Assembly (NCBI GenBank): GCA_016218255.1
Contig: JACREN010000037.1
Coordinates: 1,514 to 65,513 of the forward strand
Reading direction: 5' to 3'
Origin: Candidatus Gottesmanbacteria bacterium
GTDB taxonomy: Bacteria > Patescibacteriota > Microgenomatia > UBA10105 > UBA927
DNA: 64,000 bases
Positions 41,095 to 50,491 of the stretch are shown one piece after another. Under the pieces are notes generated by a model. That model was given only the letters and a program-made list of their open reading frames with translations, ran no database searches and was not told the origin of the DNA. The translations under genes and the position numbers were made by a program. How positions within the stretch are numbered: the stretch's first letter is position 1; every line of letters begins with the position of its first letter.

Positions 41095-42308
41095 TTTCCT
41101 GTTCATTATCACCCAATACCGAGACGGATGATGTTTGGTTGGCTCTAAAAGTAATGCTTAGTCCAGGTATATGGAAGAAGGGATCATTCATTGATGAAGC
41201 TGAGCGGTGGTTCTCTGATTATTTTAGAGATTCTGAGGCGGTATCTTTTAATAGCGGCAGATCAGCTCTGTTAGGCATATTGAAGGCTTTTAATATTGGC
41301 CAGGGCGACGAAGTTCTTGTTCAGGCATTTACTTGTGTGGCCGTACCCAACAGCGTGCTTTGGGCTGGAGCAAAGCCGGTTTTTGTGGATATTGACGAAA
41401 CGCTCAATGTAGATGTTCAGGATGCGCGGTCAAAAATATCTTCCAAAACAAAAGCACTCATTGTCCAGCATACCTTTGGTTCGCCCGCTGATATGAAGCA
41501 GTTGACCATATTTGCAAAAAAACATGGTATTTTTTTGATCGAAGATTGCGCACATAGCCTGGGAGCGCTATATAATGGCAAAAAAGTTGGATCCTTTGGA
41601 GATGCATCTTTTTTTAGTTTTGGAAGAGACAAGGTAATATCCAGCGTTTGGGGTGGGATGGGGGTTATACGAGCAAAACACAAAGCTCAGTGCCGTGCAT
41701 TGCGCACATACCAACGCCAATTGCCAATACCGTCTTTATTTTGGATATTTCAGCAGCTGTTTCATCCAATCGCCTTCTCTGTTATTCTAGCGTCGTACAA
41801 TATATGGTTAGGAAAAATATTATTATTCGGCATGCAAAAATTTCATTTGTTATCGTTTCCGGTATATTCGGATGAGAAAAAGAGCAAACGGCCGGCAGGT
41901 TTCCCAGCTATTTTTCCCAATGCGCTCGCTATTCTTGCGCTGAATCAGCTGAAAAAGCTTGATAGGTATAATCGCGGTCGGCGCGCCGTTGCTGCATATT
42001 TCCGCAAGCGATTATATCGTGATACGATATTGCCTGATGTCGGAGGATCGATATATCTTCGATTCCCATTTGTTGTGAATAATCCTAGTGCATTGATTGA
42101 GCGAGCTAAGAAGCATGGGGTGCTTTTTGGTAATTGGTATCAGCATATAATCGATCCGGCTGGAGTGTCGTTTTTTGCGCTTGGATATAAGATCGGATCG
42201 TGTCCGCGCGCAGAATACATTGCGTCTCGTATAGTGAATTTACCAACCAGAGTATCTTTGACAGATGCAGCGAAAATTGTTTCATTATGTCTCAATAAGT
42301 CATTATGA
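41091..42308 (+). CDS. DegT/DnrJ/EryC1/StrS PLP aminotransferase
   Basis: SGRSAL, GDEVLVQAFTC, VQHTFG, IEDCAH, FSFGRDK, GSCPRAE..NLPT. Confidence 0.88.
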   Translation: MISCSLSPNTETDDVWLALKVMLSPGIWKKGSFIDEAERWFSDYFRDSEAVSFNSGRSALLGILKAFNIGQGDEVLVQAFTCVAVPNSVLWAGAKPVFVDIDETLNVDVQDARSKISSKTKALIVQHTFGSPADMKQLTIFAKKHGIFLIEDCAHSLGALYNGKKVGSFGDASFFSFGRDKVISSVWGGMGVIRAKHKAQCRALRTYQRQLPIPSLFWIFQQLFHPIAFSVILASYNIWLGKILLFGMQKFHLLSFPVYSDEKKSKRPAGFPAIFPNALAILALNQLKKLDRYNRGRRAVAAYFRKRLYRDTILPDVGGSIYLRFPFVVNNPSALIERAKKHGVLFGNWYQHIIDPAGVSFFALGYKIGSCPRAEYIASRIVNLPTRVSLTDAAKIVSLCLNKSL

Positions 42309-43195
42309 CACAATATAAACAAAAAGCGGTTTGGGTATCTCATTCGTCTATGGGCGATTATTTGCGTTGCCCCCGTTCGTATTACCTGCGCAATGTATAT
42401 CGTGACCAACGAAACAATCATCGCATGACACTTATGCAACCTGCACTTGCGCTTGGGCAGGTAGTTCATGAAGTCATAGAGGCACTTTCTATTTTACCTG
42501 TGGAAGAGCGTCTCAATCGTCCACTTCTTGATGAATTTGATAATATTTGGTTGCAAATATCAGGTGAAAAGGGAGGGTTTGCGGATTTAGAGGAAGAAAA
42601 AATATATAAGGATCGGGGCAGAAGCATGATGGCTAGAGTACAGGCGCATCCAGGACCCATTGGGCGAAAGGCCACGAAGATTAGGGATCCTCTGCCTAAT
42701 TTCCTTTTGTCTGAAGAGGATAATATTATACTTTGCGGAAAAATTGACTGGTTGGAATATGATGAAATAACCGACAGCATTTACGTTCTTGATTTTAAAA
42801 CCGGAAAGATGGATGAAAGGCCGGATTCACTGCAGCTTCCGATTTATTATCTTTTGGCTTCCGCATGTCAAAAAAGACCTGTTATAGGCTTGCGTTATTG
42901 GTATATAGACAGAGATGATAATCCCGTGGATATGCCTTTGCCGGATAAAGTGGAAGGAAAGAATCGGATTTTGGAAGTTGCCCGAAGTATTGCACTCGCC
43001 CGTAAGTTGGATAGATTTCTCTGTCGGAGCAAAGACGGCTGCAGCGCATGCAGACCCATGGAGGCGATTATCGCCGGAAAGGGGAAGTTTGTCGGCGAAA
43101 GCGAATTTCATCAGGATATTTATATTCTGCCGTCTCCGCACGAGCGTCCTGTTGCAATTTCTGAATCGAGGAGACCGGACGATCTGCCTTTTTAA
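42305..43195 (+). CDS. PD-(D/E)XK nuclease (RecB/AddB/Cas4-like)
   Basis: SHSS..YLRCPRSY, LGQVVHE, GKIDW, LDFKTG, QLPIY, C-terminal Cys cluster. Confidence 0.82.
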   Translation: MTQYKQKAVWVSHSSMGDYLRCPRSYYLRNVYRDQRNNHRMTLMQPALALGQVVHEVIEALSILPVEERLNRPLLDEFDNIWLQISGEKGGFADLEEEKIYKDRGRSMMARVQAHPGPIGRKATKIRDPLPNFLLSEEDNIILCGKIDWLEYDEITDSIYVLDFKTGKMDERPDSLQLPIYYLLASACQKRPVIGLRYWYIDRDDNPVDMPLPDKVEGKNRILEVARSIALARKLDRFLCRSKDGCSACRPMEAIIAGKGKFVGESEFHQDIYILPSPHERPVAISESRRPDDLPF

Positions 43196-43202
43196 TATGT
43201 TT

Positions 43203-44213
43203 ATGAGATGTGAGATGAGGGAAATTCAGAATAAAGAACTTTGGGAGAGCTTTCTTCTTTCGCACTCTCCGGCATCTCTGTTTCAGAGTTGGCCTTGGGG
43301 CGAGGTGCAAAGAAGGCAGGGTATCTGTGTTTGGCGGTATGGTGTGTTTGAGGAAGGTCGTTTATCGGGTATCGTGCAAGTAAGCAAGATTTGTGCGAAA
43401 AGAGGATGGTTTCTGCATGTACGTCATGGTCCGATTATCGGACACAGTCAGAGCCATCTGTGGCAGTTTGTTATGGATTGGTTAGCGGATAAGGCCAGAA
43501 AAGAGCGCTGCTGGTTTGTGAGAATAAATCCACTAGTAGAGGACAATTCTTTTTATAGAACCTTGTTTTCTTCTTTGTGTTTATTACGTGCGGCAATTCA
43601 TGCAATGGATGGTGAATACTGTTGGGTATTAGATCTTGATCGCTCCACTGACGAGATTTTGGCGGATATGCGAAAATCAACGCGCTATGAGATTAGAAGA
43701 AGTGAAAAAATGGCAATTGAGGTGGTCCGTTCAGATAAAGCAAAAGATCTTGCATGGTTTATGTCATTATACAAAAAAACGTCTCTGCGTCATGAGTTTG
43801 TTCCCCACCAGGGGATTGGTGAGGAATTTAGCATTTTCGCACGAAATGGTCAAGCGCAGCTCTATTTGGCACGTTTTGGTGGCGAGGTATTGGCGGGTGC
43901 CTTAATCCTGTGGTACGGCGATCAGGCCATTTATCATCATGGAGCTTCTGTGACAAGTCGAGTACCTGCATCATATGCAATACAGTGGCAGGCTATACTT
44001 GATGCAAAAAAACGAGGAATTAAGTTATACAATTTTTGGGGAATAGCGCCAGAAGACAATATTAATCATCCTTGGAGAGGAATAACTTTATTCAAAAAGG
44101 GATTTGGAGGGCGTATTAGCGAGTACATTCATGCGCATGATTTACCTGTTTCGCCTTTTTACCAATTATCTCGCGGTGTGGAGACTATACGAAGAATTCG
44201 TAAAGGATATTAA
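43203..44213 (+). CDS. FemABX-family lipid II aminoacyltransferase
   Basis: LFQSWPWGE, RHGP, LDL....L..MRKSTRYEIR, YHHGAS, QWQAI..AK, YNFWG, LFKKGFGG; start could be 43197, 43203 or 43215. Confidence 0.88.
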   Translation: MRCEMREIQNKELWESFLLSHSPASLFQSWPWGEVQRRQGICVWRYGVFEEGRLSGIVQVSKICAKRGWFLHVRHGPIIGHSQSHLWQFVMDWLADKARKERCWFVRINPLVEDNSFYRTLFSSLCLLRAAIHAMDGEYCWVLDLDRSTDEILADMRKSTRYEIRRSEKMAIEVVRSDKAKDLAWFMSLYKKTSLRHEFVPHQGIGEEFSIFARNGQAQLYLARFGGEVLAGALILWYGDQAIYHHGASVTSRVPASYAIQWQAILDAKKRGIKLYNFWGIAPEDNINHPWRGITLFKKGFGGRISEYIHAHDLPVSPFYQLSRGVETIRRIRKGY

Positions 44214-44228
44214 TCGCTTGCTTTTGGT

Positions 44229-44257
44229 TTGAGTTTTGATGGCTAAGCAGCTATACT
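44229..44257 (+). promoter_or_regulatory. Sigma70 promoter TTGAGT-17-TATACT upstream of dgkA-mraY
   Basis: Hexamers at 44229-44234 and 44252-44257 in a 56-nt intergenic gap. Confidence 0.5.
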
Positions 44258-44269
44258 GACATCACGGAT

Positions 44270-44650
44270 ATGAGAGAATTACTTCGAAAACATCATATTT
44301 CATTCAAAAATGCTATTGCAGGAATTCTATGGGCAGTTCGTACACAGCCCAACTTCCGTATTCATATTATTTGTTCAATCGCGGTTTTATGCTCGGCTTG
44401 GTATTTTGAGGTATCGCGAACAGAGGTGGCCTTGCTTGTATTTGCTATCGTTCTGGGGTTAGGCGCAGAAATGATAAATACGGCTTTGGAGTCTATGACA
44501 GATCTCATAACAAAAGAATGGCGCAATGAAGCAAAAATAGCAAAAGATGTTGCTGCCGGTATGATGCTGCTTGTTGCCGTTGGCGCCGTACTGGTGGGAT
44601 TGGTTATTTTGGTGCCGTACGCATCTTCCCGATTTGGGTGGAGTCAATAG
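44270..44650 (+). CDS. dgkA: Undecaprenol/diacylglycerol kinase
   Basis: SFKNAIAG, QPNFRIH, EMINTALE..TD, AKIAKDVAAG. Confidence 0.9.
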   Translation: MRELLRKHHISFKNAIAGILWAVRTQPNFRIHIICSIAVLCSAWYFEVSRTEVALLVFAIVLGLGAEMINTALESMTDLITKEWRNEAKIAKDVAAGMMLLVAVGAVLVGLVILVPYASSRFGWSQ

Positions 44651-44654
44651 CATT

Positions 44655-45701
44655 ATGGGATTTCTTCTTGGCGTTTTATTGTTTTCCTGGTTTGTGAGCA
44701 GTCTCTTGTATATTCCGTTTATTCAGTTGCTTTATCGGTGGCGGTTCCAGCGGTTGCGTCAAAAAACGAGAGACGCGTTTGATCAGCGGACGCCTATTTT
44801 TGACAGATTTCATAAAAATAAAGCCGGCACACCAGTTGGCGGCGGATTACTAATCATAGCGCTGACAACCATACTATTTCCTCTGATACTTCTACTTATG
44901 AAATATTTTTGGATTCCGGTTACAGCAGTTTATCCGATGCGCAGTGAAATTAAGATAGTGCTTTTCTCATTCGTCTCATTCGGCTTACTTGGACTGCTGG
45001 ACGATATGAAAAAGACGTTTATGTGGGCAAAATCTGGTTTTTTTGGATTGCGTCTCCGTCATAAATTGCTATTGGAAATCATTTTGGCCGTTCTTGTGAG
45101 CTTTTGGATGGTGCATGAGTTGAAGATCGATATCTTTTACATTCCTTTTGTTGGGGTCATCCAGATGGGGTTATGGTATATCCCCTTTGCGGCATTGGTG
45201 ATTATTGCGTTTGCCAATGCTTTTAATATAACAGATGGGCTCGATGGGTTAGCTTCCGGAATACTTATGATTGCGCTTGCCGCATTTTGGTTTATCTCCG
45301 CATCTATTCTTGATACACCTCTTTCCGTTTTTATCGTATTGTGGCTAGGGTCATTGATAGCATTTTTGTACTTTAACGTATTTCCTGCTCGTATTTTTTT
45401 GGGTGACGTCGGGGCCCTTTCTTTTGGTGCAACTCTTGCCGTAGTAGGATTAATACTTGGGAAAGCGCCTGTTCTTGCCGTGATTGGGGCAATATTCGTC
45501 TTTGAAGTTACATCATCGCTCCTTCAATTGCTTTCGAGGAAGTTTTTGGGAAGAAAAATTTTTGCTGCGGCCCCATTACACCTTTGGCTTCAGTTTAAGG
45601 GTTGGTCTGAACCGAAAATTGTCATGCGATTCTGGGTACTTTCAATTGTATTTGCGATATTCGGTTTATGGATCGCGTTTTTGACCCGGCAGCCCATGTA
45701 A
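44655..45701 (+). CDS. mraY: Phospho-MurNAc-pentapeptide transferase
   Basis: KAGTPVGGG, GLLDD, NAFNITDGLDGL, FNVFPARIFLGDVG, APLH. Confidence 0.93.
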   Translation: MGFLLGVLLFSWFVSSLLYIPFIQLLYRWRFQRLRQKTRDAFDQRTPIFDRFHKNKAGTPVGGGLLIIALTTILFPLILLLMKYFWIPVTAVYPMRSEIKIVLFSFVSFGLLGLLDDMKKTFMWAKSGFFGLRLRHKLLLEIILAVLVSFWMVHELKIDIFYIPFVGVIQMGLWYIPFAALVIIAFANAFNITDGLDGLASGILMIALAAFWFISASILDTPLSVFIVLWLGSLIAFLYFNVFPARIFLGDVGALSFGATLAVVGLILGKAPVLAVIGAIFVFEVTSSLLQLLSRKFLGRKIFAAAPLHLWLQFKGWSEPKIVMRFWVLSIVFAIFGLWIAFLTRQPM

Positions 45702-45706
45702 TCGAT

Positions 45707-47056
45707 ATGCAAAAACCTCATGATGCATTGTTTGAATTCTTGAGCTATGCGGTGAATAGGGGGACAGATGAGATCTCATTTTTCTACCGCGTAGACCTAG
45801 GTGAGAAAACTATACGATTTACGGAGACGATTGGTATACCTGGTCTGGCCTCAAGATTAGATACCGTTCCTGGTGAATTAACGAGGCGAGTTTTGGAATC
45901 GCTGCAATTGATGCTGGGGATAAGCTACTGGAAAATTTATTGTCCTAGAAATATACGGACAGGAGTCATAAAGCTTTCCAAGTCGCAAGCTCAATTTTGG
46001 AATACAGTATATACGAAGGGCTTGGGGGAATTTTTTTACCGGAATAGTATTGACCCGCGTGGTCTAATTCAATTTCCTTATGATGTCAAAACGCGCTCCA
46101 CAAAGGGTCCGCTTTTGTCTGTGGCTGGAAGTATTCTCCAGCTTGGAGGGGGAAAAGATTCGGTGGTCACTGGTGAGCTTCTAAAAGAATGTAATATGCC
46201 GTTTGTTCCAGTCAGCTTAAATACAAGTGCTGTACAGAGAGAGGTTGCGGGCGTGATGGGTAAGTCAGTCTTGGATGTGACAAGGGTCATCGATCCGGAT
46301 CTCTTTGTGCTAAATAAAGGAATAGGCGTATACAATGGTCATATTCCGATTTCAGCCGTCTACGCGTTTGTGGATGTGCTGGTAGCCGTTTTATACGGAT
46401 ACCAATATATTATTGCCTCAAACGAAGAAAGCGCAAATTTTGGAAACATCCTCTACCATGGAGAAGAAATAAACCATCAGTGGAGTAAATCGTGGGAATT
46501 TGAACAATTGTTTCAGCAGTATATTATTGATAATCTGACACCAAGCATATCCTATTTTTCAATGCTTCGGCCGCTTAAAGAGGCCGCTATTGTAAAGATG
46601 TTTGTGCGTTACAAACAGTATTTTTCCGTTTTTACCAGCTGTAATGCGAACTTTCGTATTAATTATCCTCAGATCGGGTCGCGGTGGTGTGGAGAATGCC
46701 CCAAGTGTGCATTTGTTTTTTTGCTGCTGTCGGCATTTATGGCAAAAAATGAAGTTTTCAATATATTTCAAAAGAATTTATTTTCAGATTCAGGATTATT
46801 TTCTCTTTATGAGGAATTATTGGGATTAGCGCGGTTTAAGCCTTTTGAGTGTGTTGGGACGCCGGAGGAATCACAGTGGGCTTTTTGGCGAGTGATGGAG
46901 AATCATGAGTACGACACGGATGCAATTGTGAAACTACTTCGGAATGCGTTGCCGTTTCGCGTGAACGATATGAATATGTTGGAGAAAGAACTGTTTGAAA
47001 AGCGGGGAGTTCACGCAATACCCAAATCATTTGCTTCAGTACTTTCCAGATTATGA
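45707..47056 (+). CDS. murL: UDP-MurNAc-L-Ala-L-Glu epimerase MurL
   Basis: YTKGLGEFFYRN, PP-loop GGGKDS, YNGHIPIS, SNE.SA, NHQWSKS, FTSCN, WCGECPKC, KPFECVGT; directly upstream of murD. Confidence 0.82.
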   Translation: MQKPHDALFEFLSYAVNRGTDEISFFYRVDLGEKTIRFTETIGIPGLASRLDTVPGELTRRVLESLQLMLGISYWKIYCPRNIRTGVIKLSKSQAQFWNTVYTKGLGEFFYRNSIDPRGLIQFPYDVKTRSTKGPLLSVAGSILQLGGGKDSVVTGELLKECNMPFVPVSLNTSAVQREVAGVMGKSVLDVTRVIDPDLFVLNKGIGVYNGHIPISAVYAFVDVLVAVLYGYQYIIASNEESANFGNILYHGEEINHQWSKSWEFEQLFQQYIIDNLTPSISYFSMLRPLKEAAIVKMFVRYKQYFSVFTSCNANFRINYPQIGSRWCGECPKCAFVFLLLSAFMAKNEVFNIFQKNLFSDSGLFSLYEELLGLARFKPFECVGTPEESQWAFWRVMENHEYDTDAIVKLLRNALPFRVNDMNMLEKELFEKRGVHAIPKSFASVLSRL

Positions 47057-48291
47057 CCATAGCATCACTTCAGAAATATAGACGGATTCTCATACTTGGT
47101 TTTGGAAGTGAAGGGAAATCGAGTGAGGCATTTCTGCGGACCCATGTGCCCCACGCTCTAATCGACTCGGCAGATATGAAAAGCGATCCGAATTATTTAT
47201 CAAGGCAGAATCAGTACGATTTGATCATAAAAACGCCCGGAATTCCAAAAAATAAAGTGACTCGGCCTTATACGACTGCCACAAATATATTTTTTGCAAA
47301 TGCGAAAGGAATGATTATCGGGGTAACTGGATCAAAGGGCAAAAGCACGACAGCATCGCTGATCTACACGATTCTAAAGACGGATGGAAGATCTGTTCAT
47401 CTGGTCGGTAATATCGGAAAGCCTGCTCTTGATGTAATTCAGGCCGGAAATAATCCGGATGCCGTCTATGTATACGAGCTTTCCAGTTATCAACTTGATG
47501 ACATAAAATATTCGCCACATATAGCTGTGATGACTAATTTTTTTCCAGAGCACATGGATTACCACGGTAGCGTAGCGGCATATTGGGAGGCGAAAAAGAA
47601 AATAATCGCCTATGCTACAGAATCCGACTATTTAGTGTATCATCCTCGTTATCCTGAGTTAACCGAATTAGCCCGGAGTTGTCCTGCAAAAGCAAGCCCA
47701 GCAGAAATACATATACCCATTGATGATCATGACATTCCATTGATTGGTCAGCACAACAAAGAAAATATTCAGCTTGCTGTGACTGTCGCAAAAATTTTAA
47801 GAATTGGAGACGAAACAGTCGGGCGTGCTATCCGTGCGTTTATTCCTCTGCCACATCGATTGCAGTGTATAGGTGTATATAAAGGTATAACATTTTATGA
47901 TGATGCGATATCCACAACGCCTCAATCAACTCTCAGAGCCCTAGAGGCGTTTCCTCATGTTGGTTCCATCCTTCTGGGTGGACAGAATAGGGGGTATGAT
48001 TTTAGCGAGTTGGCCAGAGAAATTGCGCGTCGTAAAATACAAGTCCTCGTTTTGTTTCCAGATAGCGGGGATGCGATTTCTGATGCGCTTGCAGCGATGA
48101 AGTACGTGCCGAGGATGGTACTGAAAACATCTGATATGGCTTCTGCCGTGAAGTTTGTTTATCGTCATGCGCCGCGTGATTCAGTCTGTTTGCTTTCTAC
48201 AGCTTCTCCGAGTTACAGTGTATGGAAAAATTTTGAAGAAAAAGGTTCAATTTTTCAGAAATACGTTAAAATATTTGGTGAAGAGTTATGA
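47053..48291 (+). CDS. murD: MurD-family ligase (probably L-Glu-adding MurD2)
   Basis: LGFGSEG, KTPG, GVTGSKGKSTT, GNIG, ELSSYQL, EHMDYH, LPHRLQ, DDAIST, SPSY...NFEEKG. Confidence 0.88.
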   Translation: MTIASLQKYRRILILGFGSEGKSSEAFLRTHVPHALIDSADMKSDPNYLSRQNQYDLIIKTPGIPKNKVTRPYTTATNIFFANAKGMIIGVTGSKGKSTTASLIYTILKTDGRSVHLVGNIGKPALDVIQAGNNPDAVYVYELSSYQLDDIKYSPHIAVMTNFFPEHMDYHGSVAAYWEAKKKIIAYATESDYLVYHPRYPELTELARSCPAKASPAEIHIPIDDHDIPLIGQHNKENIQLAVTVAKILRIGDETVGRAIRAFIPLPHRLQCIGVYKGITFYDDAISTTPQSTLRALEAFPHVGSILLGGQNRGYDFSELAREIARRKIQVLVLFPDSGDAISDALAAMKYVPRMVLKTSDMASAVKFVYRHAPRDSVCLLSTASPSYSVWKNFEEKGSIFQKYVKIFGEEL

Positions 48292-49385
48292 AATTATTTC
48301 GGATGAAGCAAATAAGGCATGCGGACTGGTGGTTGATTGTAGGCGTGGTGCTTATGGCGGCGTTCGGATTGGTTATGGTTTATGATTCTTCAGTCGCCAT
48401 TGCCCTGCGAGATTTTTCCAATCAGTATTATTTTGTGCGGGAACAGGCAAAATGGTTGGCGATTGGCGGCATGGCGTGTTTTATATTTTCGGTGGTAGAT
48501 TATCATGTTTGGCAGAAATTAGCCTTGCCTTTGCTTCTTGTTACCATAGGGCTATTACTTATTGTATTCGTCCCTGGTGTTGGTATCCATGCATTGGGAG
48601 CCCGAAGATGGATAAACATGGGTTTTTTTGTATTACAGCCTGCCGAACTTGCTAAATTGGTATTGGTTATGTATTTATCAGCCTGGTTCAGTCAGCCTGA
48701 AAAAAAACGGTTTGGCGCATTTTTACTTCTTGTTTCTGTTGTGGCGGGATTGGTTCTTGTAGAGCCGGATTTGGGAACAAGTGTCATCATTTTGGGCATA
48801 GCGCTTGCACTTTATTTTTTTTCGGGAGCCCCTGCGTATCAATTTCTATTATTGTTTCCGGTAACACTGGTTATGCTCGTTAGTTTAGCGGTGGCTTCTC
48901 CCTATAGATTTCGGCGGTTGACTACTTTTTTAAACCCTGATATTGATCCTCAGGGAGCTTCGTATCAGATTCGTCAAATATTAATTGGACTTGGAAGCGG
49001 AGGATTGTTTGGCGTTGGACTAGGAAGATCGAGACAGAAATATGAATACCTGCCGGAGGCAAATACTGATTCAATATTTGCTATTATTGGCGAAGAAATC
49101 GGATTTGTCGGTGCTCTCGTTGTAATTGTTATGTTTCTATTCATTGTTTGGCGTGGATTTCGTATTGCCAAGCTCGCACCTGATGTCTTTGGTCGCATGT
49201 TGGCTTTGGGTATATCTTCCTGGATAGCAATACAGTCAGGGATAAATTTGTCTTCTGCCGTTGCTCTCATACCTTTTACTGGTGTACCGTTACCTTTGAT
49301 ATCATATGGCGGTTCTAGTTTGATTATATTGCTTTCCGCACTGGGGATTCTATTAAATATCAGTCGGCAGAGGCAGCGGGTATGA
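48288..49385 (+). CDS. ftsW: SEDS peptidoglycan polymerase FtsW
   Basis: GARRWI, QPAELAK, EPDLGT, YQIRQ..GSGG, LPEANTDSIF, TGVPLPLISYGGSS. Confidence 0.92.
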   Translation: MKLFRMKQIRHADWWLIVGVVLMAAFGLVMVYDSSVAIALRDFSNQYYFVREQAKWLAIGGMACFIFSVVDYHVWQKLALPLLLVTIGLLLIVFVPGVGIHALGARRWINMGFFVLQPAELAKLVLVMYLSAWFSQPEKKRFGAFLLLVSVVAGLVLVEPDLGTSVIILGIALALYFFSGAPAYQFLLLFPVTLVMLVSLAVASPYRFRRLTTFLNPDIDPQGASYQIRQILIGLGSGGLFGVGLGRSRQKYEYLPEANTDSIFAIIGEEIGFVGALVVIVMFLFIVWRGFRIAKLAPDVFGRMLALGISSWIAIQSGINLSSAVALIPFTGVPLPLISYGGSSLIILLSALGILLNISRQRQRV

Positions 49386-50491
49386 AACAATATAGGAAAA
49401 TATGTATTACCGGAGGGCACCCGACACCCGCTATTGCTGTGGCTGAAACCCTAAAGAGCTTGCATCCTGATTGGAAAATTGTATGGATTGGTCGGAATAT
49501 CGCGCTCGATGATTCATCGATACCGGCTGAAGAAGAGTCGCTTGTGCGTCAACAGAATATCCGTTTTTTGGGTATACGCGCAGGTAGATCGTCTCATCCT
49601 CTCCAGATATTTTTGGGATTTTTTCAGGCTTTTGGACATTGTTTGAGAGAGAAGCCTGACTGTATTGTCTCGTTTGGCGGATATGTGGCTCTGCCGGTAG
49701 CAGCTGCAGGGTGGCTATTACAAATTCCAATAATCACTCACGAACAGACTCATGGTGCAGGTTTGACAAATCGGATAATCGCTGGTATGGCAAGACGCAT
49801 ATGTGTTTCTTTTCGGGAGAGCATGAGGTATTTCCCGGTGAAAAAAACCATTCTGACAGGATTACCGCTTCGAAGAAAACTCTTTCAGCCGGTGAAAAAA
49901 TCGCAGTTGAACCTTGATGGGCATATGCCGATGTTATATATAACCGGAGGAAGCACCGGTGCTGTATCATTAAATAAAATTTTGTTTCCCCTGATATTTG
50001 CATTGGTTGATCATTGGTGCATCGTTCATCAAACGGGTCGGGTATCGTATGAAGATGCAATTCGAGTAAAGGAATCCCTCGGAGCAGAGAAGAAAGGTCG
50101 CTATATTGTACAGAAATTTATCGCTCTTGATGAATTAGCGTGGCTTTATGCGCATGCACGTATTGTGATTGCTCGAGCTGGAGCAAATACCGTTGGGGAA
50201 CTTGCGGCTCTTGGGAAAGTAAGTGTGCTTCTGCCGCTCCCTTGGTCTTCAGATCAGGAGCAACAAGCAAATGCGCGATGGCTTGAATCGTCCGGATCAG
50301 CCGTCGTTCTATCTCAGCAAACGACCACTCCCGCATTACTTGCAAAAGCGCTTCATTTGGTTGATGTTAATTTTGAAATCTATAAGCGTCATGCGGATCA
50401 GATGAGGGCGCTTATGACTCATGACGCGAGTGTTTTGGTAGCGGCAGAGATTGCGCTAATACTTGAGCATGTACGAAAAAGTCCTCATTAG
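49382..50491 (+). CDS. murG: Lipid I N-acetylglucosaminyltransferase
   Basis: ITGGHPTP, SFGGYVALP, HEQ, TGLPLR, TGGSTGA, RAGANT, EQQANA. Confidence 0.92.
   Translation: MKQYRKICITGGHPTPAIAVAETLKSLHPDWKIVWIGRNIALDDSSIPAEEESLVRQQNIRFLGIRAGRSSHPLQIFLGFFQAFGHCLREKPDCIVSFGGYVALPVAAAGWLLQIPIITHEQTHGAGLTNRIIAGMARRICVSFRESMRYFPVKKTILTGLPLRRKLFQPVKKSQLNLDGHMPMLYITGGSTGAVSLNKILFPLIFALVDHWCIVHQTGRVSYEDAIRVKESLGAEKKGRYIVQKFIALDELAWLYAHARIVIARAGANTVGELAALGKVSVLLPLPWSSDQEQQANARWLESSGSAVVLSQQTTTPALLAKALHLVDVNFEIYKRHADQMRALMTHDASVLVAAEIALILEHVRKSPH

Noticed and set aside
41673-41693. Further possible heptamer tract (gcaaaac acaaagc tcagtgc); similar weak cases near 20800 and 57765
   Set aside because: Too degenerate to distinguish from chance by eye
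42305-43195. CRISPR-Cas system suggested by the Cas4-like nuclease
   Set aside because: No repeat-spacer array or other cas genes in the window
42915-43196. Long N-terminal extension of the FemABX ORF (similar extensions for murE, mraY, ftsA, galE and parB)
   Set aside because: ORF-caller artefacts overlapping upstream genes; family similarity starts at the later ATG
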